DNA of 63,999 nucleotides, counting the filler, from Olpidium bornovanus S191 (Eukaryota > Fungi > Olpidiomycota): NCBI GenBank assembly GCA_017911155.1. It is 32 parts of 32 records of this genome, joined end to end, with 100 filler letters (N's around TTAATTAATTAA, not from the genome) between each part and the next. Parts side by side here need not be neighbours in the genome. Positions count along the whole stretch, not along the records: positions 32,807 to 39,624 come from JAEFCI010009064.1; positions 39,725 to 40,810 come from JAEFCI010009091.1; positions 40,911 to 42,308 come from JAEFCI010001124.1; positions 42,409 to 43,531 come from JAEFCI010005512.1; positions 43,632 to 45,128 come from JAEFCI010006817.1; positions 45,229 to 47,522 come from JAEFCI010012258.1; positions 47,623 to 49,011 come from JAEFCI010009997.1; 25 more parts are not named here. One strand, written 5' to 3'. Numbering within the stretch: position 1 is the stretch's first letter; each line of letters begins with the position of its first letter. Of this stretch, positions 35,152 through 47,752 are shown one piece after another. Both the position numbers and the translations under genes were made by a program. Under the pieces are notes generated by a model. The model saw nothing but the letters and a program-made list of their open reading frames with translations, searched no databases and was not told the origin of the DNA.

Positions 35152-36802
35152 CCAGTGTCTTTCGCAACAATCGTAGGACAATTCGCGGTACTGCGCCGCC
35201 TCCCGTCTCCCGTCGGGAATCGCCTGGCAACGGCGGACATCCCTGTCTCCGCCGAAGCTCTCCGAGATCAATTCAAACAAACGCAGCCGTTACCCTCTCC
35301 CGCCAAGGGTAACCATCGCCTTCGTTTGCCGTCGCGCGCATCCGTTATTTCTTTCCTACTGCGCATCTTTTGCGCGGCACCTTTCATCCTAGTTTTCCAG
35401 AGGAGTGCGCGGAACGGCGAATATCACCCATCAATGTATTCCTAAATGGGTTCCTTCACCGAATATATGATCGGTGAGATAACGTGCTGGTCCGCACAAC
35501 TTCTCTACCGGTTGCCAACTGCAAAGTCGCGGCCTTGCTGTCAAATATCTTCCCGTAAGGGCTGATCTTCAGCCGGCGCTAAGAAACTTCGTTGCCGCCA
35601 ATTCCAACTCCCATTGCATGGAGAGCGGCGTTAGTAGAATTGACTTATTGCCGACGACTTCTTGAGCCTTGGTTGTAGACATGCCCATGCCCCATTCGTC
35701 CATACCAGCTTCCGCGGGGAGCCTTGTTGCCACGCAGGCTTAACGTGTTCGTTGCCTCCGGCTTGTAGGTTGGAGCAAACGCTGGCCGGTCGCTCAGGAA
35801 AGTTCCGGTGTCCCAACTCCTGTGGCTGCCATCTGTGTTCCAAGTCCCCCGTCCCAAGGCCCGCCCGCCCGCTCTCGACAGCCTGCTTGAGGAGCTGCTC
35901 GTGGTTTGCTGGAGGAGGCACTGAGGGCCGTCTTGCCGGACCGGGCCTTCGGAGCGCCTAACTGCCTCCGAGCGGAATGTTTTCGGCCAGTGCTCTCGCG
36001 CAGCCGACCGGGCATGTCAGTTACAATCTGATACTTGATCTTCAGGAGATACATTTTTTTTTGGTAATAACACAACCATTTTCCATTCTGTAATCATTTG
36101 TTATTAAAAACTTGTTCCGCCGGGCCGTTCCCCGGTCCAATCCGCAAAAAAAAAAAAAAAAAAAAAAAAAACAAAAAAAACAAAGCGCTCCGGAAACTCC
36201 CCCTCCCCACTCCGGCCCCCCTTTCCACCCCGCTGGAGGACAGAGAACCGGAAATCTCACTGACCGAAAACGACCCCACCCCGCCCCCGCTGCCGAAACG
36301 CGCGATGGTCACCATGCAGAAACAGGCTGACTCGTGGGTAAGCTGTTGGGGAGGAAAAAAAAAAGGGGGGGGGGGGGGGTTGGGGGGCCGGTCTGACGAG
36401 ATGGCTCGAAAATCGCGAGGGGCCACCCCGGGAGCAAGCGTCGTGCGGGAAGGGATGAGAGAACTCGAAGAAAGCCGCCTGCGTGGAAACGTTTCGGCGG
36501 GGAGAGGCGGCGCGCACGCTGGGGTGGTCGCGGAGGAAGGCCGTGACCGCGGAACCTGCTGTCCTGTTGTCGCTGCGGGAGGCCCTTCTTGTTCTGCTTA
36601 GAGGACGGGTTTGGAGGCGGGGAAGAAAGAAAACGAAAAAAAACTTGCGCCTTAGAAGGTTGCAAGATCTCGGCTTGCTTCCGCGCCGGCGCGGTGTAGT
36701 TCATCTCGCCCGTCGTTGCCGTACTTGTTGGTGCCGTGCCACGCGTGGAGTTGCCACGCGACTTGACCAAGGCCCCGCAGGTGCTCGCCCGCCGAGTTAA
36801 AA

Positions 36803-38811
36803 ATGCGGTTGACGCGGCATCCCTTGCTCATCAAAACCATCAAACAACGCTCGCCGCCGCAGAACGCGGCCCTAAATGCGCCGCTTATGCAGGAGGACCC
36901 GGAGGTCTACGCTATGATCCAGCAGGAGATGTTCCGCCAGTACTCCGGGCTGGAACTCATCGCCTCGGAGGTATGGGGAGCGGACCGCAGTGCAGTTTGC
37001 CGCGTTTTCCGATGTGGCGCCAACGTCGGGATCCGCGGTGTCGTTAGAACTTTACTTCGGCATCTGTAATGGAAGCCAACGGAACCGCTCTTACGAACAA
37101 GTACTCTGAGGGTGAGCGGCGCACCCGGTTTTGAGACGCGCAAGTCATCGTGGAAACAATTTCGGTTTACACATTTCCGCGAAGGTTTGCCTGGTGCTAG
37201 GTACTACGGTGGAAACGAGGTCATCGACCAGGTGGAGGAGCTCTGCCGCCAACGCGCTTTAAAAGCGTTCCATCTCAATCCTGAGGAATGGGGGGTCAAT
37301 GTCCAGCCTTACTCTGGTAATCCATGGCGCAAGGGTCATGTTTATCTTTGTGATTAGAACTATTATGGACTTTGCCTTCCTGATGCTCAGGATCGACCGC
37401 GAACTTTGCGGCGTTTACGGCGATCATCAACCCTCATGATCGGCTGATGGGGCTCGACCTGCCTTCCGGCGGACAGTGAGTCATGGATGTGGTTGACTTT
37501 TCCGCAGCATAGTCGACGGCAGCTTATCCGAATAATTATTTCCTGTGGGAAGCCTCACCCACGGATACCAGACATCGAAGAAGAAGATCTCTTCGTCTTC
37601 CATTTACTTTGAGTCCATGCCTTACCAGGTTGATCCGAAAACCGGTTACATAGACTACGACCGCCTTGAGGAGAATGCGATGCTCTTCCGCCCAAAACTT
37701 TTGATTTGCGGCGCAAGCGCGTACCCCAGAGAGTGGGACTACGCGAGAATGCGAAAGGTATGACATCCCACAGTTTCCGCCGCGGGCCTGCATTTAGTGC
37801 GGTTAAAACTCGTCGGGGCCGACAAACTGAAATTTCGTTTGCTGCTTAAGATCGCAGACCAACATGGGGCGCGTCTTCTGTGCGACATGGCGCACATCAG
37901 CGGGCTCGTCGCCGGCCGTGAGGCCGCCAGCCCGTTCGATTTTTGCGATGTCGTCACCACGACCACGCACAAGGTACGAATGCGTATCCCGGCTTTGCAA
38001 AATGGCGAGCTGTCTGCTTACTTCCGCCGCGTGCACGTGTAGACCCTTCGCGGTCCTCGCGCCGGTCTTATTTTCTTCCGCAAGCGCAGAGCGGACGGCT
38101 CCGACACGGACTTGGAGAGCCGGGTGAACCAGGCAGTGTTTCCGTCGTGCCAGGGTGGCCCGCACAACAACACCATTGCCGCCGTCGCCGTGGCCCTGAA
38201 GCAGGCCGCCGCTCCGGAGTTTAAAGAATATTGTGTCCAAATCAAGAAGAACTCGCAGCGGCTTGCCGAAGTGCTCACCAGTTATGGGTACAAGATGGTC
38301 ACCGGTGGCAGCGATAACCACCTGATTCTTTGGGACCTGAGGCCGCAGAAGCTCACCGGCAGCAAGATGGAGACGATCTGCGACATGGCTCAGTATGTCG
38401 AAGTTTTCTATCCGTTCGCCTCTGTAATCCACCTCCGGGTCCTCTAGGGCTCAGCCGTTTTTCTCGCCTTCTTTTTTCTGTTTGCGCAGCATCACGGTTA
38501 ACAAGAACGCCGTTCACGGCGACGTCTCCGCCCTCTCGCCTGGCGGCGTGCGCATCGGCACCTCCGCACTCACCTCGCGCTCTTTCAAGGAAAAGGACTT
38601 CGAGGTGGTGGGCGAGTTGCTCCATCGCGCCGTTCAGATTGCCCTCAAGGTACAGGAGAGCTGCGGGAGCAAAATGCTCAAAGCGTTCACCGAAGCACTG
38701 GAGAACAACGAGGAGGTCAAAGTTCTCAGGGAGGACGTCAAGACGTTCTCCATGGCCTTTCCCATGCCCGGGTTTGACCCCAATTCCATTCCTGAGAAGT
38801 TCAGGAAGTGA
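36803..38811 (+). CDS. SHM2: Serine hydroxymethyltransferase, complete and multi-exon
   Basis: LELIASE|NF..NKYSEG|[14 protein letters not shown]|[19 protein letters not shown]|TLRGPR..QGGPHN..ITVNKN..GVRIGT. Compartment (SHM1 vs SHM2) is not established. Confidence 0.97.
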
Positions 38812-39548
38812 GCTCTCGATCGTTCAGGTCCGTCCTGGTGCGCACCGACGCACGTAAAAGTCCTGTATTGGCGGCAAATTTCCGCTCTTGTTTGTCTTGT
38901 TACGTCGCCGGAGGCCGGATGCTGTTTTTTTTTATAAAAAAAAAAATAAATCGCGACGGCCGGCGAACCGCGCGCCAGAATTACGCGGGTACACTTATCG
39001 TAACTGATGTCGAGGTGTATTTGGGGATGAGCTTCCGTTGTCGGACTGTGTGCACGGATCAAAGCCTCCGGGTCGTTTTTGCTTCTCGGCGGTGCCATCC
39101 GCCGCTTTGGCCGGCGGAACAGAGATCATCTCTGTCCTGTAGAAAACGAGGAGGCTGGGCCGAGGCTCGAGCGGCGCCCCCCCCCCCCCCCCCTCCCACA
39201 CACACACACACACACGACTCGCTCGGTTCCCCTTTCACCATCATCACCAACAGCGTTTGCGCCGACCAGCGACTCACAAGTAAAAACCGGCGTCTGACGA
39301 CGCATCGGGACTGCAGACCCTTCCGCAAAACACAGTCAACTTGCACCACCGGACGCATTTAGTCTCTCCTCGAAAGTCAAAACCTTGTCAACTGCCAATC
39401 CCGCTCGCCAGAATCGTGACAATCGAACGTTTCAATTCTCGCGACGTCCGTCCACCTCGTAAAGTTTACATTCGCGTGCTTGTGTGCTGCCCCGCCCTCC
39501 CCATGTAGTTCGATTTCTTCGGACCGGGTGGGCGGGGCAGGACGAAAA

Positions 39549-39592
<44 letters not shown>

Positions 39593-40979
39593 GAAAGGGG
39601 GGGGGGAAAAAAAAAAAAATAAAANNNNNNNNNNNNNNNNNNNNNNNNNNNNNNNNNNNNNNNNNNNNTTAATTAATTAANNNNNNNNNNNNNNNNNNNN
39701 NNNNNNNNNNNNNNNNNNNNNNNNGGCCGCGCGCAAAAATTCCTTCAGAAGTAGCCAACGGAATAAGCAGGCTTACGCGCGAATCCCCCTGGGGGACGAC
39801 AAGAGCTTACGAGTTGTGACCAAAGGCAAAAAAAAAAAAAAAAAAAGCAACAAAGAACCGTTTTGAGAGCCATGCGGCGAGTCGGTAACGCACACGAACC
39901 GACGTGCCAGAGAGGATCTTCTGGTCACCTGACCCCACACCCGCCGGTAGCACCTCCATCCTTGCCAAGTGAAACATATACACACGTGAACCGCGCGGCA
40001 AAGGTTCTTGATTATTTGTTTTTTCTTCGTTTCTTGTCTCCGGAGCGCCGTCCGCGTTCTCGTCTGAAGTCCTTTCTTCGTTCGGCCAGTTTGATTGCTT
40101 GATTTCGCGGGCAGTAGGAGATTCTGTTTACCTGCGCGGCCTCAGGGACCCTCCAGTTAGATAAGTGTGCCTTGGATTTGTTTGCGTTATTACCAATGGT
40201 GGAATTTGACATTTTGGCGGTCAGAACTTTTGAGAGGGCGAGGCAGTGCCGGGCTACGTGCTTATTCAACTTTACTCAAAACTAACAAATAAGCACGTAA
40301 ATAAACAAACAAAGCGTTCTGGGCTATGAGCCCGCGCTGCAACTTTGGAGGGCAATTTTTTTTTTTTTGATCGCGTCGATTTGATACAATGAGGAACTGC
40401 TCAATTGTTTCGTGCTAGACTGCGCGCGCACGTCGCGGGCTTTTTGCCTTTGGATCTTTGCAGCTCCGTTTTGCTTCTTTGTTTACCTTGCGCATTGCCG
40501 CCGGCCCCCCCCTCGTCTTCCCCCCCCCCCTGCCTTTAGTTTTGATCTGGCCTCCAGGGTTTTTTTATTTTTTATTTTTTTTTATTTTTTTTTTATTTTT
40601 TTTTTATTTTCTGTTTTTCCCCCTCAGACGGTTCTTCCGGTCGGGCGAGCGAGTCGATGGCGCGGGGAAGACAGGAGGGAAAGGGGAAGGGGGAAGCGAG
40701 GAACGGGAAGGGGAAGGTCACGTGGCAAGTGACGTTGGTCGACGAAAACTCGGGAGAGACACAAACAAAAAAAAGAAAAACAAAAAAAAAGAAAAAAAAA
40801 AAGGAAAAAANNNNNNNNNNNNNNNNNNNNNNNNNNNNNNNNNNNNNNNNNNNNTTAATTAATTAANNNNNNNNNNNNNNNNNNNNNNNNNNNNNNNNNN
40901 NNNNNNNNNNCATGCCGCGCGTTCAAGGATCTGCGCCGAACGAGTCGCCAGGCGGGTGGGAAACGTTTGCACACCAAGT

Positions 40980-41778
40980 CCATACCTCGTCCGGGTTCTC
41001 CGTCATGCTGCGCAGCAGCTCAACAAAGTTGAAGAGCAGGGACCGATTTAAATTCTTCAGCTCGCGGACGCAATCTACGTTTCTTGACGCGCTCGAACGT
41101 CGAGACGGCGCATCAGTTAGACAAAAGGCAAAACGACCGAAAAAAATACGAGACCCTTAAAGTAACATCGCCCGTACATACCGCAACCGTCCGGGTACAG
41201 TTGCGTTTCGCCGACATCCTGCAGACTCGGGTGCTGCTCGAGAACCTGGGCGAAGCAAACAAACAAAACACTCAATTTGAGCGCTGTCGAAAAAATTCTC
41301 GATCGATACTGCGGCAGTTTTCCCCAGCAACGAGGAACCGGCGTTTACTGACCGGCCAGCTTTTGCCGAACATCAAATAACTCCCCGTGGTCAGCGGCGG
41401 CGGGGGGTCAAGATAGAGGAGCTCCCCGTCATCGTCCGTTTCGTCGCCGGCAGCGCTATCCCCTCCGTCATCTGCTCGAGCTTCGGCCGGTTCCCCCGAC
41501 TCTTCCACGTTCTCCATCGCGACGGCCGTCGGTTCCGGCTCCGCGTAACCGCCGGCGCGATCACTGCTCCCGCGGGCCTCAGGCAGCGGCGACCGCGGCG
41601 CCGACTCCGCCTTCCCGTTCACCGGGCGGGCCTGCGCCCGCCGCATCCGCTCTGCGTCGCCGCTATGCTTCTGCTCAAGTGCTGGCGGTGCCCCTGCCGC
41701 CGACCTGGTTGCTCTGTGGCGCGCGACATTCTCCCGGGTGAAGCGCTTATAGAAATCCGGCGGCGCGGGGAAGGCCAT
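40980..41778 (-). CDS. MED7: Mediator subunit 7, 3' partial
   Basis: AFPAPPDFYKRFT..LDPPPP..YLMFG..W|..PSLQDVG..QLYP|..ELKNLNRSLLFNFVELL..NP. Confidence 0.9.
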
Positions 41779-42149
41779 GTCTCGCTTCGCCCGCGGCGCG
41801 GACGAACCAGCAGGGCGGCGGCGCGGCCCGCGCGCGTCCTTGCTGTCCCGGAAGCTGCGGTGATGTGCGGACGTTGTCCGCGGGCGACAGGGCGGTCCGG
41901 GCGAGATTCAGAAAGCAGCGCACACAGAGAGAGAGAGAGAGGAAGAAAAAAAAATGGGTTTCAGGACGGGAAATTGTGTTTCCGGTGGGCCGGTTTGAAG
42001 TGGGTCCCCCGCATAAGGCCGGGCGCCGTCTTTGCACGACCGACTGTCACTAATTTCCTCTCAAAAACGCCACAAAGAGATGAAGGAATCTGAACTACAG
42101 TCGACGAATATGGCAGATGTGTGGGTTTATCCGCACCATCCCAAGACCG

Positions 42150-42308
42150 GTCACCGGCAGCGCCCTCGCCGCGATGGCCAATCGCGGCATGTCCCCCAAG
42201 AGTTGGTACGTGCCAGGCACGATGCACGTCAGAATCAGATATTCCAGCCAAAAAGACCAAACCGGTCTCATTATGTTTACGGACTCCGACTGGGCCGGCT
42301 GTCGCGGA
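42150..42308 (+). mobile_element. Ty1/copia RT-RNase H junction relic
   Basis: ..YVPGTMHVRIRYS..LIMFTDSDWAGC (copia DxDWAG motif). Confidence 0.75.
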
Positions 42309-42474
42309 NNNNNNNNNNNNNNNNNNNNNNNNNNNNNNNNNNNNNNNNNNNNTTAATTAATTAANNNNNNNNNNNNNNNNNNNNNNNNNNNNNNNNNNNN
42401 NNNNNNNNCGCAAAATTGCCTATTGCGGTCCTCTCCCCTTCCCCTCAGCCCCGCCGCCCCATACCCATATCACA

Positions 42475-42690
42475 AAGCCCCATATCGTGGAGATCTTCGC
42501 GCCAGAAGTGCGTAGCAACGTCCTCCTGCGAAGCCGAGTTCGTCTCGGGGTCCGCGGCGGCGCAAGTAACCAAATGGTTGAGCGCTGTGGGCCGGGCAGA
42601 TCGACGAAAATATGGTCGACAAGGCGAGCGGCCCTTCTCTGGATAGACAACGCGGGCGCCGCGCGGTTAGCCTCCAATGTCAACCAAAAC
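42475..42690 (+). mobile_element. Ty1/copia RNase H relic, frameshifted
   Basis: PISWRSSRQKCVATSSCEAEF..AQ..KWL and, in another frame, LWIDNAGAARLASN. Confidence 0.85.
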
Positions 42691-43631
42691 CTCTGGAAAA
42701 GGTGAAATTCGTCAAGTTCCGAGGGATGATCGGAGTAAGACCCGCCAACGCTATGGGCGAGCGGAGTCAAACGTGAAACCGCCAAGGGGCAGCAGAGCCG
42801 AAGGAAAGGGCCATAGATTTCTTAGTTTTTCAGGCGGACATGGGCAATGGCGCGCCCGGTGAGGAGGGGTGTAGAATAAAGGGGCACCGAGCGCACCAGC
42901 ATGCGTTACCCCTGCGTAGAGCCTTTAGTCACCACCATATAAAATAGTGCCAGAGGAAACTAGTAAACAAACGCCCCCGTACACAGAATACAGTTCTCCT
43001 TCCTTTCCGCCGTTCTTTCGGACTCGCGGCGCATCTTCGCCTTCTTCTTCGGCTCGGCTCCAACCCCTTCCCCCCTCCCACCCCCCACCGAACTCCCCAA
43101 CCCTTCCCACCGCCGGAGCGTGCCGCTTCCAAAAAGAAAAAAACCCCTAACCCCCCTTGACCTTCCCAATTTTTTCCAGTGACCCCTGGGCCAATGAAAT
43201 CAAGGATAAAACGCGGAGAGGGGAGGACATTTCACAAAAAAAAGGAGTCCGGAAAAAAAGCGGTTTCAGGGCCAAAAGAAAAGGACCCCCCCTCTCTCCC
43301 TCCCCCCAAACAAGTCGGATTCCCGAAATCTCTCCTGCCCCCACTTTCTAACGCTGTTCAGGGACCGAGTTTCCGGTGTTGATTCTTTTTTCGCGCGCGC
43401 GCCCTTGCAAAAACCAAAAGGGCGCGCGAAGTAGCGTTGTTTTTTTTTTTTTCGCTGCACGGGACCTCCCACCCCCCCCCCCCCCCCCCCCCCCCCAAGG
43501 GGGGGGGGGGGGGGGGGGGGGGGGATAAAAANNNNNNNNNNNNNNNNNNNNNNNNNNNNNNNNNNNNNNNNNNNNTTAATTAATTAANNNNNNNNNNNNN
43601 NNNNNNNNNNNNNNNNNNNNNNNNNNNNNNN

Positions 43632-44549
43632 CATGATGAAGATCGAAGCATTTTTTGCTCAGTCGGATGTGCTCGGTTTGCAGCCTGGCATATCTCTTTC
43701 GTTCCGCCTCCAACAAATCCGCCGTCGAGTTCAACGTGCCTCTTGCTCTGGACAAGATCGTTTGCTAAGCAGCGTTGACCCTCGCCGCCACGGCATACTC
43801 CACGGGCGCCGTCACCCACTCGCACAGGCTTCTGGCCGCGACGGAAACTGCACCCAACCTCACTGGTTCGAACGTCGGTCCCTCCGGTAGCCTTGTTAGG
43901 CGGTCGAGCTTTCTCGGGGTGTCTAAAAGCTCCTGAGGTTCATATCTATCATCCTGCGGATAAAACTATGGCTGGAAAGCAGTCTCCTGCCGTCTTCCCA
44001 AGAGGGCCGGACATCGAACAAAATGCAGATTGCTTCGACGAGGACGACGACCGGCTCGGGGGGCGAGGTGAAGAATTTGATTTCTTCGATTGACGTTTTG
44101 GGGAGCTGCTCCAACTTCGCTTTCGCCGCTTCGAGCTTCGCGGTGACTTCATTCATCGAAGCCGCCGCTTCCGCCTGCGCAACGTTCGCGGCCAGTTTAT
44201 CGTATTCCAGCTCGCAGGATTTCACCGACTCTGCCACCGCTCTCAGCTCGTCGGCCTTCTCCGCGACGTCGGCGTCTGCCACCGAGATTTCTGCGTCGAA
44301 GGCGGCGGTTCTGGAGGGAATCTTCGAAAGGTCCGACCTGAACACGTCCTTCTTTAATTCGATAAACGCCCCGGCTTCGCTGAGCCGAGGTATCGCCTGG
44401 GCGACGAGGTTTTCCCGCCGTTCGATGACGGGCAGTCGACATGATCTTTCCGAAAATGCGAGCCATGCACTGAACGGCAGCTTCGCCGACGTGCTCGGAT
44501 ATCCCGTTTTTTTGACCGACGATGCGAGCGACGAGTACATCCGGACCAC
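43632..44549 (-). pseudogene. Divergent dynein heavy-chain stalk (CC1-MTBD-CC2) with a frameshift and an in-frame stop
   Basis: LEQLPKTSIEEIKFFTSPPEPVVVLVEAICILFDVRPSWEDGRRLL..; frame change near 43935 to TFEPVRLGAVSVAARSLCEWV..EY; TAG at 43765-43767, then coiled coil continues. Confidence 0.75.
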
Positions 44550-44929
44550 AACGTTAGAATAAACAAACAGTTCGAGCCCACCCGCCTTCGGCTGCCTTGT
44601 GACCGCGGCGCCTACGAACGGCGTCGGCGCGCTCCCTGGAACGAGGCGGAGGCAGCTAAGAGAGGAGAAGTAGGGGAAGAGTCGGAAGAGCCGATCGCCG
44701 TGCCCCTCTTTGAAGGGTCCACCGAAGGGAGTTGGTCGGCACAGACGCTGGAGGGCGTGGTAGAGCGTTCCGGGGGGGAGAGAGGTACGTCCTGCACACC
44801 GTCGTCGCTAGCATCCCCCGCAGCAAGGGCCCCAGCCATCCCGCCTTCCTGCAACCCCTCGAGGGAGGGTTATATTCCCCGACAACTGGCGCTCCCGGGC
44901 AGGACCGGTGGGGCGGGCGAAGCGAGCGC

Positions 44930-45128
44930 GTTGAAGCAGGACGTGCAGATCGGGATGGAGGAAGTATACCTACTTGCCGTGCAGATTCGCGCGGCTGAAG
45001 TGCGGGCGGCCGTGGTCCTGTTCACAAAGGAGAACGGGCTGTTTAAGGAGGAGGACGTCTCGGCGTATCTGCGGCTGTTCGAAACAACGGTCCGCCAATG
45101 GGAGTTGACTGATGCGGAATTAATGAGG
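44930..45128 (+). mobile_element. Possible Ty3/gypsy gag N-terminus
   Basis: FKEEDVSAYLRLFETTVRQWELTDAELMR resembles the gag F.G.dV..FL..FE......D.E pattern. Confidence 0.4.
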
Positions 45129-45228
45129 NNNNNNNNNNNNNNNNNNNNNNNNNNNNNNNNNNNNNNNNNNNNTTAATTAATTAANNNNNNNNNNNNNNNN
45201 NNNNNNNNNNNNNNNNNNNNNNNNNNNN

Positions 45229-46037
45229 CATGAAATCTTGGCTTTTCGGTACCCTAGAGGAATTGAGAGAAATGTGTGCCTTGACTCTCCAAATTGCTTA
45301 TAACAATCAACATCGTAACATACTGGTTGCAGACGTGGTCCGCGCGATTTGTTCATAAATCTCTCGCTTTGCCCGTCCGAAATCCTGGAACACGTGTTTC
45401 CGTCCTCAAACACCGGCATCTCTTTCCCGGAGGCACTAAGATCTAGGTCATCCTTGCTCTTGCGCACTTGCATTTCACCTGGCGTGTCCGCGGATCCTTC
45501 AAAGCAGCCGCCGTCATTTGGTAGCACCTCATTTTCCCCCGGGCCATTTACAACGGTGCAGTGCGGACGGCGAGCAGGACTTGTGAGGATCACCAACGGA
45601 TCCTCGCCTTCTTTCGGGCGCGAAGACAAAACAGCTACTGGGGCCACGGCCGCAACTTGCGGACCAGCACCCGCTTCGTCCGCGTCGGAAAGCTGTTGTT
45701 TGAGCAAAGCTTCGGCGGCTTGCCCTTCCGCCTGGCTGTCAATCGTCCTTGCGAAGAGAAGCAGCGTCGCATTTTGACTTGGTCCACATGTGCCAGCGTG
45801 AAGTGGCGCCCCTTGCGGCAAACCTTGGGGCGTGTTGTTGGGACAGCCAGCAAACGCCCCATTATCGTGTTCCGCAAATTCACTGAGCGCAAGCGAACGT
45901 TCTGCATTCGTTTGGACGCGCCGCGTTGGTTGCTTCTCGCGCGTTCCCTCCGACACAACAACCGGGTTTTCAGCACCACAAGTCGCCAGCGCTTCTGTGC
46001 TAGTCTTATGCGCGCCGACGTCCAGTTCAGCGGTCAC
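45229..46037 (-). CDS. Hypothetical low-complexity protein exon
   Basis: About 270-codon stop-free frame rich in A/E/P/S running into the gap; no family recognised. Confidence 0.35.
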
Positions 46038-46984
46038 AGCACTCTCGGCGGTGACAACCTTTCTTTGGGGCGCGCGTATGACGAAACCGTGAAATCCATC
46101 CGTCCTTGTCCTGGGAGGATTATAAGGACCTGATCAGAAGGAGTTGATCAGGCCGCAACGCCGGTCGGCAGCCGCGACCCACATCCTTTGGCGCTCTTTC
46201 TTTCAACGGCGAATGGCGAGAAACCGTACTCACGGTGACCCGCGAAGCTTGCCTGCAAGTTTCCGCCGATACCGTTCGGCAATATCTGGAGGAATGGGCG
46301 TTGGCGCAGAGCTGCTGAGCTAAGGAATCTCTGCCGGGAAACTGGACATCGCCGGGTCGGTTTGGGAGTACCGCCCAAAGTGTGTTTCCCTTCCGCCACG
46401 TCGTGCCCGCAGCGACAGGTTTTCCCGGCATGAAACATATGGCGGTGCACGCTACCTTCAACGGAACGGCCGGCGACGCACGACATGGCAAACTCGGTCG
46501 ACGCGGTGGCGCTTCGGCTGGGTCCCAGGAGTGCTGAAAGCCTCGAGCGGGGCTTTTCTCGCCCGGCGCAACGCAGTCGGCGAGCCCGGTGCCGCGCGCA
46601 AAACGGGCCCGCCTCGCAAGGTGCGGGGGGCGACGAGAGATGTGGAGGCTCACCACCGACCCAGAAAAATGCGCACGTGGGCCCCGCACTTCCCCCCGCA
46701 TTTATCGCGGGCCTCTTACGAAGTTCGCCCTTAGCATCATCGCTGGCGGCGAATCTTTTCTACCTCGAGAAGGAATCTACGGAAAACACGCGCAACGGCC
46801 ATCATTGTGGTAGATTCCCCTCCGTCTCAGCCAGGGAAGGTTTGGTGCCCGAGCAACACCAGCCGGAGGCGATTAGGGGTTGGAGAGACAACAAGCGGCC
46901 GGGCGTGGCAATGGGCAGGGTGTGCCCGATGGGCGGCTGCCAGCCAGAAGCGAAGGCACCGTGGCAGCATTTTCGGAAGGGGGG

Positions 46985-47316
46985 GGATATCGAACCAGCT
47001 GCTGCCGCTTGCAGACGAGGTGGATCGCAACATCGTGGGCTGCGCCCGAACACAGAAAGAGTTCGTGATCAAGATCGAGCGCGCCTAATGGCAGGTGAGC
47101 TCCTTGCGAAACGATGCTGCCAGTGATCCCGAGGTCACTGACAGACTTGAAACCTGCCGGGCAATGCTGCAAGTTTTCCACGAGACGACGCCTGCCCTTC
47201 CGTCTCCCAGACCGGCGGCGCCTAAGCTGGCCAACGCCGAAAGCCGCCTCGCCGCAGCCAGCCAGCTCAACAATAAAGTTATTCAGGACCGCGTTGTGAC
47301 ATTACACGCCCGCTAG
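46985..47316 (+). pseudogene. Snapin/Pallidin-like (BLOC-1 subunit) coding remnant with frame disruption
   Basis: LLPLADEVDRNIVGCARTQKEFVIKIER.. and PKLANAESRL..VIQDRVVTL resemble Snapin (AVQQLD..VRESQVEL..I / KKLLNARRRV..QERL). TAA at 47086-47088 precedes a GTGAGC donor. Confidence 0.45.
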
Positions 47317-47679
47317 CGAGGGACATCATGACACTACTTTGCAAATGTTACTGGGATGCGCCCAGAACTTGGCGACACCCGACCGCGTGGGGAAAAAAAC
47401 GCCTGTGGTTTCCATAATAAAAATAAAATTGGCGGCAGTCGAAAAAAAAGGAAGAAAATAAATCGTACGCTTGCGGCCGGCGGCCGGGGGCCATAATCCA
47501 AAAAAAAAAAAAAAAAAAAAAANNNNNNNNNNNNNNNNNNNNNNNNNNNNNNNNNNNNNNNNNNNNTTAATTAATTAANNNNNNNNNNNNNNNNNNNNNN
47601 NNNNNNNNNNNNNNNNNNNNNNGTCATCACGTGCTTTGCGAGTTCCGCCTTCAACCGCGCAGATTGCTGCCAATTGTAA

Positions 47680-47722
47680 GTCACGTGACCAGAGTATTCG
47701 TGCGCGCACGAAAACTTTTTGT
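47680..47722. repeat. Palindromic element copy 1 (in AEP intron 3)
   Basis: GTCACGTGAC at 47680-47689 and TTCGTGCGCGCACGAA at 47697-47712. Confidence 0.95.
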
Positions 47723-47752
47723 AACGGTACGGAATGGTGCATGAACCGTTAC

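Noticed and set aside
35155-36330. A minus-strand gene between MGT1 and SHMT
   Set aside because: Some donor and acceptor-like sites exist, but I could not build a consistent reading frame.
37440-37565. Apparent loss of the conserved His in SHMT GGHLTHG (ORF track shows GSLTHG)
   Set aside because: The codon is split by an intron (CA|C), which restores His.
42150-42690. The two copia relics either side of the 42309 spacer as one element
   Set aside because: Domain order is compatible, but they lie on separate contigs and the start of the second does not encode the expected intervening motif.
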